Assembly (NCBI GenBank): GCA_048013815.1
Contig: CM106585.1
Location: 19,778,001 to 19,842,000, forward strand
Direction: 5' to 3'
Length of the DNA stretch: 64,000 nucleotides
From: Setoptus koraiensis
Lineage: Eukaryota > Animalia > Arthropoda
Part shown: piece after piece, positions 24,081 through 35,967 of the stretch
How the letters are laid out: the number at the start of each line of letters is the position of its first letter
Numbering within the stretch: position 1 is the first letter of the stretch
The notes under the pieces: generated by a model
What the model was told of the DNA's origin: nothing
What the model saw: only the letters and a program-made list of their open reading frames with translations
The model's database searches: none
Made by a program: the position numbers and the translations under genes

Positions 24081-27000
24081 ATGACAACAAAAAGTATCAC
24101 TGGCCAGACAAATATTACCACCGACAGTAATAGTAGTAGTAGTAGTAGTAGTACTGCTGTGGCAAACGCCCAAACAACGACTAGTAAATCATACACAAAT
24201 TCATCATCATCATCGAAATCACAGTCTTGGGGCAACAGTGGTGCAGTCGTAGCAGGACCAACAACATTGCAGTCACCATCATCGATACAACAGAGCGACA
24301 CCATCGTATGCAATATTAAAGGCAGTAACAAGAAACAACATCAACAACAACAGCCACAGCAAGGCGATCAAACAGTAGAAAGCAACTCAGCTAAAGACCA
24401 GGGCTTAAATAGCGAGCAACGGCATCGCCAGCAACAGAATAACTTAACTGGCACTACCGAGACCACTACTGCTAACGCTAACACTAATACTACAATTGCA
24501 TTGGCAGATTACATAATAGTAACGCAAGAAGCAGAAGTAACAGCATTAGAAATAGAGAACAAGAAAGACGTCGAAAAAAATAAAACTGTTGACTGTGCAA
24601 AAGTAGTGGCACATCACTCGTCGTCTGCCGCTGTTGCTGGAGCTGGAGTTGAAGCTAAAGCTGCTCTTGCTGTTGTTAGTGCTGCTGATACAGACTCACT
24701 CTTGCCTGATAATATCCGCAATCTTCAGTTTAAATCAGTACAAGTTAAGTCGCAGACTCAAACTAAATCGACAACATTCACTACTACTGCTGTTACTGCT
24801 ACAACTAATACTACTGCAGTTGTTGCTGCTGCTGCTGCTGATACTCTAACTACGACTACCTCAACAGCATCATCTTCTAATGCCGTTTTGAATTTAGCTT
24901 CAATTAATAGCTCCATTTGTACTAATTCTTCTCTTGTTACATCTACGAGCCTCGCCACTAATAGCAATAATTATAATACTAATACAACAACTACCGCCAC
25001 CAACACCGCCACAACCAACACCACCAACACAACCACCACCACCAACAACAACAACAACACTATGAGCACTGCTACTGGCAATGGCAACACCACAGCAATA
25101 GTAACAACTTCAGCAACAGATAACACAAACAATATTGATAATAATAATGATAATAATTTGACTAGTAAGAGCAACACCATAAACAAAATCAATAATAATA
25201 GTAATAGTAGTAATGATAATAAGCAATATAATGCTAGTAATGGATCACCATCAAATATTTCACAAGAATCAGGAGATCAAAACAAAATTGAACCTCAGCT
25301 AAACGATTCCAATAATATTACAGAATCAAATCCAACAAAAATGTCAGGCAATAACACTGATCAAGAATCGGGACGACAAGATAATAAGGAATCCACATCG
25401 CAAAATGACTCGGCGGATTCCAAGCAACAGACTGAAGTCAAACCAGCATCTCAGAATTTGAATACTCGCTGTATCCTTTTGCTCAGAGAAATAGATGCAT
25501 CAACTTCAGAAGAAGAGGTCAAAGGAATATTCAAAAGCGAGGGATGTCCCTGTCTTCCCATACAATGTGATTATGGCCACAATTACAGCTGGTATGTTAC
25601 ATTTAAAAATGATGTTGATGCCAAGCTAGCTCTCCACTACATTCGAACGAATGTAACCGTTTTCAAAGGCAAACCCATAATGGCCAGGATTAAAACTGTA
25701 ACCCCAAATATTAATACCGCTCCTACGGGACCCATAGTCAGCGCTCCTAATCACTCTAATGCCAACGTGGTAATGACCAGTATTGTACCATCAACTATAG
25801 CGCACACATCTACTACAAGTGCTTTATATTCGCCACCGGAAAACATAAAGAATCTAAACGGAGTTTTGACAAATTCTTATGTTCAAACAAGTCGTGAGCA
25901 TCTCCAGGTGATGTCAACTATCTCAACCTCAGATCAAGCTTTCTTGAATAAGCAACATCAGGATCCATCAGTGACATTGAACGGGCCTAGTTTTGTCGGT
26001 CCCACTCATCATCCTAGCCATTACGGACACTCGCAAGCAACTTACTACGGACCGGGCCCTGTGCTAGCTCCCTGGACGCCTCAGCCTAGCGCACCCTTTT
26101 ATGATCTGAGCGACGTTTTCATCTATAATGGGCTAGCACCTCACCCTTCATCCATAAAATCACTTAATAGTGGTCAGACTGGCAACCCGGTAGCAACTAG
26201 CAATCATGGACCAAGGGTCTACAATCACGGACATAACAGCCACGCTCAACAGCAACAGGTAAACCCGATGATCGTAAATGGACCGACCAGTACGAGAAAC
26301 ATGTCTTCAACTAGCAGCGGTAACCCAAACCAACGCCATTCATCTAACCGGCACCACTCAGGTCGTCATCACCCTACAGTCACTAATCTACAGCCAGTGT
26401 CCGCCTCAGCACCGACAACAGAGCAAAGGCTCAATAATGTTATGATAACAGGGCCAAAGATTGTTCGCGCCAGTGTAGTTCATGCCACCTCAAATTTAAC
26501 AGCAGCAACAAATTCTACAATGCCAAATCAAGATAATCAAAGCACTAAGACAACTCACAATCAGCATCCTATGTCAAGAATGGTTTCAGATAACTCCTCT
26601 CCAGGAGATTCACATACAGGTGATTCTATACAAGATACTTCCATGAGAACATCATACAATTCTAGTGGAAGACGATCTGACTTCTCAGTTATGGGTAGGA
26701 ATAACCCTCGTAGCCATAATCGGTCGCAACTGAAGGAATTGAATAGCAACTCTATCGATAAACCCAACGATACTAAACAAAACACTTTGTCACCAGGAAT
26801 AAAAAACAGTAACAGTGAACCAGCTGGAACTGAGAGCCTTCTCAATTGCAATCTATCAAAAGCGTCACCATCGACCACGACCAATTTAAATATTGATGTT
26901 AAAGATAAGAATAATAATAATAGGAAGCAAACCAACAGCCAGGTTACACCAAATCAACAACCAGATAATCATCTTTCTTCACGGGCCAAGTCCTCAGGCG

Positions 27001-27410
27001 GTGACCACCCAGCTTCTCGCTCAGCAAGCATCAACCAGTATCACCCATCATCATCATCTACTACTAATAATACAGCAGTAACACCATCCTATCTGGGTCA
27101 TGGAGGTGTGACTCAAAGCGGCCATTATGGACTTCATTCTAGCTTCCAACATAGCAGCAACACGAGGGCCAAGGATCGCCCGCCGCACAAACATAATCAT
27201 ACGCAGAATCAACATCCAAGCACGCACCATCAGCAGATCAAAAAGACGGCCCCATTCGACTTGAAGTCAAGCGCTTTTCCTCCTCTGCCTCTAGTTCATG
27301 ATCTGGTAGGCCCGAAAGTTGCCGAACCACCAGCAACCAATCCGTTGGTTACTACGGCCTCGATCGTTCGCTCCTCACATACGAGCGATGCTGAGTCTTT
27401 GGTGAAATAG
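24081..27410 (+). CDS. LARP4: La-related protein 4 family (LARP4-type RRM and C-terminal FDL...FPPLP motif), intronless, 1109 aa
   Basis: 'RCILLLREIDASTSEEEVKGIFKSEGCP...YGHNYSWYVTFKNDVDAKLALHYIRTNVTVFKGKPIMARIK' matches the LARP4/4B RRM; C-terminal 'PFDLKSSAFPPLP'; in-frame TAA at 24060 upstream of the ATG. Confidence 0.88.
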   Translation: MTTKSITGQTNITTDSNSSSSSSSTAVANAQTTTSKSYTNSSSSSKSQSWGNSGAVVAGPTTLQSPSSIQQSDTIVCNIKGSNKKQHQQQQPQQGDQTVESNSAKDQGLNSEQRHRQQQNNLTGTTETTTANANTNTTIALADYIIVTQEAEVTALEIENKKDVEKNKTVDCAKVVAHHSSSAAVAGAGVEAKAALAVVSAADTDSLLPDNIRNLQFKSVQVKSQTQTKSTTFTTTAVTATTNTTAVVAAAAADTLTTTTSTASSSNAVLNLASINSSICTNSSLVTSTSLATNSNNYNTNTTTTATNTATTNTTNTTTTTNNNNNTMSTATGNGNTTAIVTTSATDNTNNIDNNNDNNLTSKSNTINKINNNSNSSNDNKQYNASNGSPSNISQESGDQNKIEPQLNDSNNITESNPTKMSGNNTDQESGRQDNKESTSQNDSADSKQQTEVKPASQNLNTRCILLLREIDASTSEEEVKGIFKSEGCPCLPIQCDYGHNYSWYVTFKNDVDAKLALHYIRTNVTVFKGKPIMARIKTVTPNINTAPTGPIVSAPNHSNANVVMTSIVPSTIAHTSTTSALYSPPENIKNLNGVLTNSYVQTSREHLQVMSTISTSDQAFLNKQHQDPSVTLNGPSFVGPTHHPSHYGHSQATYYGPGPVLAPWTPQPSAPFYDLSDVFIYNGLAPHPSSIKSLNSGQTGNPVATSNHGPRVYNHGHNSHAQQQQVNPMIVNGPTSTRNMSSTSSGNPNQRHSSNRHHSGRHHPTVTNLQPVSASAPTTEQRLNNVMITGPKIVRASVVHATSNLTAATNSTMPNQDNQSTKTTHNQHPMSRMVSDNSSPGDSHTGDSIQDTSMRTSYNSSGRRSDFSVMGRNNPRSHNRSQLKELNSNSIDKPNDTKQNTLSPGIKNSNSEPAGTESLLNCNLSKASPSTTTNLNIDVKDKNNNNRKQTNSQVTPNQQPDNHLSSRAKSSGGDHPASRSASINQYHPSSSSTTNNTAVTPSYLGHGGVTQSGHYGLHSSFQHSSNTRAKDRPPHKHNHTQNQHPSTHHQQIKKTAPFDLKSSAFPPLPLVHDLVGPKVAEPPATNPLVTTASIVRSSHTSDAESLVK

Positions 27411-27719
27411 GTGACTGTGACTCCATCTAACTGTAATCTTACATAAAATGATATTTATCATTCAAGTCGTCAAACTTTCTATTGTTACTTATTCTATAAT
27501 TTTCTCAGGATCTATCGAATACCCATTCACATTCTTCTAGTATTTGATTACTATGTACGAACTATACATAGTTTGATTGTTATGATCCAAGTAACTTCCA
27601 ACATAAATTAGTGATACCCATGTGCTTAACTTTATTAGAAAACTCTTTACAACAAATGTTGTAATGTAGAAGAACATTAAAGAATACATTTAAACATTGT
27701 TCATAACATTATCAAAACA

Positions 27720-28373
27720 TCATTCGAAAAGAAATTTCGGTACAATTCTAATTAGGGATCTTCTGAAACTCTGTTCCGCGTCTTCCCTTAGGCTTTCTTT
27801 TTCTCCAGGGGCCCAAAAATAATCTTCAGTTAATAGACAATCTTCGTCGTTCTTCTTTCTACCTTTGTGGGTCTGGCAAAGAGCCGGTGACTTAGTACCA
27901 GATGTTTGGCTTTTGGTTACAGGTGCGGCAGGGTATTGGAGCATTACTTTTTTTATATACTTGGATCTTGATCGCAATTGGGATGACTGAAGTGAATTTC
28001 CTTGCGGCTTATTGTTATTCTTGCTATATTTTGCCTTCAATTTGGAACGCAAGGTCAGACCTGCGTACTGCTTTTTGGCAGTCCGGCTTTTGAATTTGAG
28101 TTTGGGATGAGGAAGCTTCCCTAAAGTCTTGAATCTGCTATTTGGATTCCTGGGTCCCTTGAATACGGAAGCTTGCTTGATAATACTCCTAGATATGAGT
28201 TTGGCGGCGGCAGATTGGGCATGCGATTGCTTCTTCTTGTTAAAATGATACGTGGAAGCGCTAGTATTATTAGTATTTATCGCAGGCTTCAACAAAGAGA
28301 CAAAAGGTCTACTATGAGAAGAGTCCTTGTCATCCTTGGGCAACGGGATATAGTCAGGGATGTCTGAAGTCAT
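27720..28373 (-). CDS. Lys/Arg/Ser-rich hypothetical protein, 217 aa
   Basis: ATG-to-stop ORF of 654 nt in AT-rich context, convergent with LARP4; no domain recognised. Confidence 0.55.
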   Translation of the reverse strand: MTSDIPDYIPLPKDDKDSSHSRPFVSLLKPAINTNNTSASTYHFNKKKQSHAQSAAAKLISRSIIKQASVFKGPRNPNSRFKTLGKLPHPKLKFKSRTAKKQYAGLTLRSKLKAKYSKNNNKPQGNSLQSSQLRSRSKYIKKVMLQYPAAPVTKSQTSGTKSPALCQTHKGRKKNDEDCLLTEDYFWAPGEKESLREDAEQSFRRSLIRIVPKFLFE

Positions 28374-28840
28374 GGTTGATTGTTTGAAAAAGTTGATTTA
28401 GGATAGCATGCAGAATTCATAAGCAAAATAGTGACTCATATCGACTGTCGATTTAGATCAGTAGATATGATTATAGGTGAATATAGATAGAACATTTCTA
28501 TAATTGTAATTTTGAAGAGCTCTTCGTGTTCTTTCGGCGATCATATGTTGAGTCAATCGTTGTTTTGAAAAATATTCACAGCATTGTCAGTGAGATTTGC
28601 AGCATGTGTTTATTCTTCATGAACGTAAACATCAATTAAAGAATATCCGCTAGGGGCGCTGGTGAGCTGAGGGCTTCGCGAAAGTTTTGGGGAAAAGTGC
28701 GGCGCACATTACTTTTCCCAGATTGCAAAAGTGATAAATTTATCCTAAAGAGGTCGCTTCTTTAGTCTCTTACAGATGCGAGCTATAATAGGGACTGGCT
28801 ATAATTGCTGTCTTTTTCACTCCTCGGTCCGCATTGTAGA

Positions 28841-29209
28841 TCTAGTGTAACTATTCTCGAGCGGATAGAAAAAATTGGGCCCTTACAATTACAATGCACA
28901 ATGCATATGTTACAGCGCATAGGTTATATGTTCGAAACACTCTTTGCTTGGCTGAGCATTTTCTGGCGCTCGAGGCGCTCCTGGCGGAGAAGAAAGCAAG
29001 CTTCCATAGTCAAAAACGCACACGGGAGGTTTGGGAGAAATTCGGGAGGTTTGGGAAGAATTTGGGAGATTCGGGAGAGGATTGGGACATTCGGGAGACT
29101 CGGGAGATCCGCGGGAGCGGGAGAGCCCGGGAGGCTCCCATGGGTGAATCTCCCGGGGAGCGGGAGATGTTCTCCCATGGGCGGGAGATCGATCTCCCCC
29201 CATCACTAG
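28841..29209 (+). mobile_element. Putative non-autonomous Helitron-like element
   Basis: Perfect 16-bp palindrome GGGAGATCGATCTCCC (29183-29198) followed 7 nt later by CTAG|T (29206-29210); candidate 5' end A|TC at 28840/28841; ~13 GGGAG motifs between 29024 and 29187. The 5' boundary is a guess. Confidence 0.45.
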
Positions 29210-29786
29210 TTATATGTGAACTTGTGATTCGGGTAGGTAATGCGCTGCAAGCTGGTCGATGCATGAATCACTTCGGATGAATATTCAAGTTACCCCAGGC
29301 TACTTGATTTTTCCGAATGATTCTATGGTAAACTCGTTAGAATGTCCCTTGAGGCAGCTATCTGAGGTCATGTAGCCAGGTTTGTGGAACTACCTCTACG
29401 GAAACTTTAACCAGGACATGATTTTTATCGCTTTATTGTGGTCGATTTCAAATTGAGCAACCATGTCAGGTCGGACTCATGGAGACATTCAAGGGTTAGT
29501 CCTCAAGGTTGATTCGAGTGAACCCCTGACAGGGCAAACGATTTGAATTTGCAAATCCAGTTTATCCATGTACGATTTGACGATACTTAAATATGCGTGA
29601 ATAAGCGCATTACTTAAAGTAAATAGCGATACGAAAACTTACCGCTGGACGAGTATGATGTTCTGCTAGGTGACAAGGACAGATCCGTCCCATATCCAAT
29701 CTTGGGAAACACACGCTGCAGCATAGCGACAGAAGAGTGATGTTTTGCCCACTTTCGAGCGTTAAAAGATTCCAAAACGGATTACT

Positions 29787-30333
29787 GTGGATAACAAACT
29801 CGATAATGGCATTTTAAGAATTAGCACGTTCTCTACCACTTCATCGAAACACTCTTCCAGCCGAATGTCTCGCGGTGGACACACCTTCGAGACGACAATG
29901 TCAGATGCAACGACGGCTCCCATTCAATGGGAACGATTTGCTCGTGACGAGCATGCGGACATTCACCCGATTGGTGGCCCGCAGTCTGGCAAAACGACCA
30001 TCACTCTTTAGGTCCAAATTGAAATTTAACGAGCACAATCATCTAATTCAAGTCATTTTTATCGGAAATAATTTGATGTACTCCAACGATGTATCGCTGA
30101 TGTATGTTGGTGACGAAGGACAAAGCGACGATGGACTCTAGGTGAGCCAGTGCAGATCCGAGATCGTGCCTGTTCTCATCTATACACACCTAACTATATC
30201 TGTCTGTGACAGAATAGTCGCTATGCATGGTCGCGATCTGTTCAGAAGCGCTAGCATGAGTATAATAGTTGAACCTAGTAGTATTACCTGGCGAATTACA
30301 GCGAAAATGCAACTCTTTTCGACTATTTCATGA
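29787..30333 (+). pseudogene. Possible degenerate P-loop/ABC-ATPase remnant
   Basis: 'IGGPQSGKTT' (P-loop pattern, 29970-29999), then in another frame 'LMYVGDE', a TAG at 30139-30141 and 'LIYTHLTISVCDRIVAMHG' (ABC H-loop-like). Motif spacing is too short for an intact domain. Confidence 0.2.
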
Positions 30334-32008
30334 AACAATCGCGCCGGGAGGGGGCGCTTTTCTTTCGCAATGACATTAGTGCAACCGAATTGAGATAGTT
30401 CTTGCAGGCGCACCCTTGGGCCCCAGATAGAGCTTGGCCCATGTACAGCCCAGAAGTATAGTGGCGCTGAAATGGCACAACTCCAGGCTGTGACTTGCCT
30501 GAAAAGTTCTCTTCAATCGAGACCGTGGCGCCCCCTCTCGTTGTTTATAAAAGCTATCGACGAAAACAGTATTGCATTCTCTTGTGAATCACCCTGCACG
30601 GCAAGCTAGAAAAGAAAAGCTTGGATATATCTATTGGTAGATATGAGCAGACGGGGGGTGGAGGGGGGACGAAAGTTGGCGCTAATTCGTTACATGAAGC
30701 ACGCACAATAGGCTTGCGAGAGAGGCACTGGGACTTGTGAAAATACACGCATTGGCAAGAACACACACACACGTTAGAGATAGAATTAAATTGTTTGTCT
30801 GTGTGATAATGCCTGCATGCATGTCTGAGTGTGCGTGTGTTTAAACATGAATGTGTGTGTGTGTGTGTGTGTGTGTGTTTGTGCAGGAGGAGCTCATGGA
30901 ACGAATGAACGAACTAAACAGCAACAAGGAGACTATTTACGAGCTTTACTCTGGAGGTTGCCTGATTATGTGCCAGGGGAAAAGAGTAGAGAGAGAGAGA
31001 AGCGTGCCTCGTTGCTCGTAAGCTCGTGCGCACAAGAGGGGAAAGAGTGAAAGTTCCTCGGTCGTCGTCATGAAGCTCCGAATGTGTGTGTGTGTGTGTC
31101 TCGTATCGCGGCGCTGCTGCTCGTATCAATAATAGTATCGAACTAAATATACTATACTACACAGAAGCATGGGCTCTCAGATGCTCGTTCACGATCATCA
31201 TGCACACAGTTGATTCGTCGTCTTCGTTCTCTGATTCGTTCGTTCATCTTGTTTGTTCGCTAGTTCGTTCGTTCGCTCACTCTCATCGACCACACTATAC
31301 ACTACGGCTGCTAGTGCATGCATTTACACTATAATACAGGCAATATATAGCAGACACAACAATCACACACTCTTACTATAACACACACACGCACACGCAC
31401 ACACACACTCACACATATAGAAATTGAAACATCCATCAGAAACATCGTCGCCGTCTCCAGCAACATCTCATCATAAGCATTAAATCTCACGTCCGTGGTC
31501 GTGGTATAGTCGTTGGTTATTATTATTGTTGAAACATTTATATATTATTATTACTATTATTATATTATTCTATATATAAATATATACACAGATATATTAT
31601 TGCCACCAATCATTACAATTGGACGACTGTTATAAATATTATTATTATTATATATTAATACCTATCGACGTACAAGGACGACGACGACGACGAGCATATA
31701 TACATTTATGTATACTCAACCAATTTAGAAGTTTACAACCACACATAGATAAATATATATATGTATTATTACTATTATTAGATATTTCATCATATATACA
31801 TATATATTTTTAATTTAAAGAGATTTTATTAGATATTAATAGTATACATTTTATTGATTTATATTATTATATTTTTAATTTAACAAAGAGAGAGATTTTA
31901 TTCTATTCTACAATAACACCAACATCATCATCATCAAACAACAACAACACAGCACATTTTTAATAATTCAACAACAACAACAATAATAATAATAACAACA
32001 AATCAGCA

Positions 32009-32701
32009 ATGGGTGTGCAAGAGGGACAAACTATTGAAGATGAGAGGGCCTTTCAATTGGCCCTCGAACTGTCCATGCTTTGTTTAAATTCAAAAACCGA
32101 CTCAGATCTAGATAATGATTTTAGAAGTGGCAAAAAGAGCCAGAATACCACAGAGTGTGTGCCAGTGCCAAGTAGCGAGCACGTGGCCGAAATTGTAGGT
32201 AGACAGGGCTGCAAAATTAAAGCACTGAGAGCAAAAACAAACACTTATATCAAGACACCTGTCAGGGGCGAAGAGCCTGTATTTGTTGTTACTGGAAGAA
32301 AAGAAGACGTAAATGCAGCCAAAAATGAGATACTATCAGCAGCAGAGCACTTTACTCACATTAGACTACAACGCAAAAACAATATAACGGGCGCCTTTGG
32401 TGCCACTGGACTAGCAGGCGCACCCAATCAACCCGTACCTGGTCAAACAACCATACAAGTTAGAGTGCCCTACAGAGTTGTTGGGCTTGTTGTCGGTCCA
32501 AAGGGGGCCACAATCAAACGTATTCAACAATCTACCAATACTTATATTATTACGCCTAGTAGAGAGAAAGAGCCAGTGTTCGAGGTGACGGGCATGCCCG
32601 AAAATGTTGAAAGTGCTAGAAAAGAAATTGAAGCTCACATCGCATTGCGAACTGGAGGACTGATAGACTCTACAGTGCGATTTTTTACGGACAATTTATA
32701 A
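32009..32701 (+). CDS. MEX3: MEX3-family RNA-binding protein (two KH domains)
   Basis: '[54 protein letters not shown]' and '[48 protein letters not shown]' are near-canonical MEX3 KH1 and KH2. Confidence 0.93.
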   Translation: MGVQEGQTIEDERAFQLALELSMLCLNSKTDSDLDNDFRSGKKSQNTTECVPVPSSEHVAEIVGRQGCKIKALRAKTNTYIKTPVRGEEPVFVVTGRKEDVNAAKNEILSAAEHFTHIRLQRKNNITGAFGATGLAGAPNQPVPGQTTIQVRVPYRVVGLVVGPKGATIKRIQQSTNTYIITPSREKEPVFEVTGMPENVESARKEIEAHIALRTGGLIDSTVRFFTDNL

Positions 32702-34181
32702 TAATACATATACATACACACAAGAAGCTATAATAATAACAACAATAATAACAACATCAATAACAATAATAGTAGTTATCATATACATATTCAATAATCA
32801 TCCTGTGAATGGGATCTCACACCCAACCATTATTATAATTCAAATGACAGAAAAATGATTTGGCAAACATCTACATTTAACCTTAAATACAGAAACAAAA
32901 TATCGATATTAACACTTTTTAGGAAGATTCAAGACATAAGAAAGCGGAAGTAAGAATAATGGGAAATGAAAGATAGAGCGAGAGTGAGCCAGTTAGTTAA
33001 GAAAGAGTTTTATTAAGAGTTATATTATAAATCTGAATGTATATGCGTGCACAAGAACAGAGTTATCTGTAAAGTAAATAAGATCTACAAAACAAGACCA
33101 GAGTAAGATAATTATTATTAATAGATTTATGATATATTATTTATATACATATGAAAAGAAATAACTATATGTATATTCCTTGAATTTAATCTAAAACATA
33201 ATATTATTGCTATTATTATTATTACCAGATATATATATCTATTACTATTATTATTACTATTATTATTATTGATTATTATTGCTAAGATGATATATTATAT
33301 TATATTAATTATATATTATATTGATTACATTGATAGAAGGGCCGAAAGAGAGAAAGAGCAAGCTTATAATTGAAACTATAGAGGAAATGTGAAAGATAAA
33401 AGAAAAAATAAGATTATTAATCTATCGGTATTAACGATGTATGATTAAAAATTTGAATATATCAATAAAGATTCTAAACTATTTACTTTACTCAAATGTT
33501 TAAAATGTTTTACTACTATAAGTCTCTTTGATTATCTCAGGGGAGATTCTAGTCATGATAATGAATACTTCGTTAATAACGATGATCATGTAATCTCTCG
33601 AGAGCATGCTCCGATAACGATAAGTGTTGCCTGTTTTGTTTATTGTAGATTAGTTTATCAGAATCGGCAAAAACTTGGGCAGTGGGTTAGGTTGTGCATT
33701 TTTATAAGGACTAGTAGTGCCATAAGTTATCGGTTCTCACGCAGTATGATTACAGGTTAGCTAGTAACAGAAGTTATATCAATTAGATAGTATTCGACCG
33801 AAGCGACAAGCTCACGGTCACTGAATATATACTGCTAGGGTTAAGTTAGCAGGTGATGCGGATACTAATAGACTGGTTATGGAACGAGGTAGTTGTCGCA
33901 TGTTGGTATTGATTGTAGTATACCACTGTTTGTTGCCTGTTGCAAGAACAGAGAAAGTGGATGGAAGCCATGACCTTGAATTCGCACATTGCTATCTTTG
34001 TTGTTGCTGGTGTTGTTGTTGTTTATAAAGCAGATATACTAAATCACACACGACAGTAGTATCAACAAAATACTACTATAGCAACGACTCAACACGAGAC
34101 AGAGTCACTGTGAGGCGATGAAGGCAAAGAAGCGCTAGCGAAGTTGCCACTTCTCTACCAGAGAAACTCTATAGTATTGTT

Positions 34182-34209
<28 letters not shown>
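34182..34209. repeat. (AG)14 microsatellite
   Basis: Directly visible. Confidence 0.95.
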
Positions 34210-34213
<4 letters not shown>

Positions 34214-35320
34214 GTGAATTTGAATAATCACCATTTTCCCTCATAAGTTTGTTAGCTAGAAAGAATAATAACAATAAATCCAGAGTGAGAGTAGTAACGA
34301 ATGTGAGTCTAAATTGCGACAGGACGCAATGTGTGTAAGGTCGATAGCCTCGTTCGAGGCCACAGCAGCATTAATAACAACAACAGCGGCTACACCAGCA
34401 ACAACAGCACCAGAACAGCCAGAGAAAGAGTGGCGAGAAAAAGTACACGAAAAGAGTTTATAATGTTGAGACTCAAATGAGTTGAGTCAAATGATGCTAA
34501 AATCAGCACCGCCAGAGAAACAACTTTTACCATGGCAGACTAAAACTAAATATAAGAACAACAACAAGGTCTACTCTTTGCTCACATATTTCCAAGACCC
34601 AGCTTACATGCCAGCCAGTGAGCGATTCAGCCAGCCAGCCAGCTATTCAACGATTCAGCCAGCCAGCCAGTCAGCGAGTTAGTGAGCCAGGCAACCTGCC
34701 AGCATGTGTTGATGCACACTCTGTTGAAGTCAAGAGTTGCCAATAGATCTTAGTGATAGTATTAGTGGCTGGGCTGTCGTTTCATTGTAAATGCGCCATT
34801 GAAGCGCCTCCAACATTGTGAGTGTTGGATTAGGTAGAGCAGGATATGCTATTAGTTGAAGAGACTCTCTGGCAGAGAATCTCTGGGACGAGAGAGAGAG
34901 AGAGCGAGAGTTATTGATAATTATGAAGGGAATAGTTGAACTGTGGCGATGACGACGATCCCAGGCATAGTATACACTTTCAGTGCACAACATTGAATAA
35001 CAACAACAACAACATCTGAGATCAGCAGAGAGCGATGCATGCTGGCTGTAGATGTAGAGGTACGGCAACAGCAACAACTACAATTATTTCCTCTGAGTGT
35101 TTGTGTCTCTGTTTCAAGCTTGAGAGGGGTGCAAAAATATCTATATATTTTCATCAGCAGCCGCAGCCACAACAACAGCATGAGCATCAACATCAAGGTG
35201 CATTATAAATGTCTATTAATCTTGTTTCCGCCGTGCGTTGTTGCAACTTATCATCTCGCGTCTTTGACTTTGGCATCACGACGGCTGTGGCTCGTTTCGT
35301 CGCCGTGTGTTGCATTCCGA

Positions 35321-35322
<2 letters not shown>

Positions 35323-35378
<56 letters not shown>
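35323..35378. repeat. (GT)28 microsatellite
   Basis: Directly visible; shorter GT/CA runs also occur near 15748, 21398, 22493, 30853 and 53002. Confidence 0.95.
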
Positions 35379-35381
<3 letters not shown>

Positions 35382-35835
35382 TGAGACAATGGCCACAGTT
35401 GCTCAAGTTTGTCGGAAGCGACAGAGCAAGCAACCAATTACCGACAATGACCACACTTGTGGGATGGCCACGCTCGCGGGCTGCCGTCGGCCGGCCGATC
35501 GGACACTCTGACTGGACGGCAGCGACTGCTTTGGGCCGCAGTTTGGCCCACAAGTCGAGCACAGCCAGAGATGTGGTTGTGGTTGTTGCTGCATTGGCCT
35601 CGGAAAATCGGCAATGTTGTGTGTACCTGTGGTGCTAGCGCAAGCTTTGCTTTCACTTGTCAGAAATGAGCGACTCAGGGACTAGTTTTGATTGAGATAC
35701 ACACACACACTCACACAATCTATTACATTGTATGGGTGTCATGTTGCAACGCGATGCGATGTGTTGCGATAAACAGTCTATGCCAGCTGCTTCTTTGCTC
35801 GTTTGATTGATCGCCGGAAGGCAAGGCTACAGCCG

Positions 35836-35967
35836 CAACAACGACAACAACAACGACAGCAACGACTGCAACGACTGCAACGACTGCAACGACTGCAACG
35901 ACTGCAACGACATCAACAACAACGACAGCGACAACAACGACAGCAACAACAACGACTGCAACAGCAA
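35836..35967. repeat. CAA/GAC repeat with a (CAACGACTG)x5 core
   Basis: 9-bp units at 35860, 35869, 35878, 35887 and 35896. Confidence 0.9.

Noticed and set aside
14727-24081. Splicing of the giant exon into the LARP4 ORF or intervening ORFs
   Set aside because: LARP4 has its own ATG with an in-frame stop upstream; no phase-1 acceptor with convincing coding sequence was identified.
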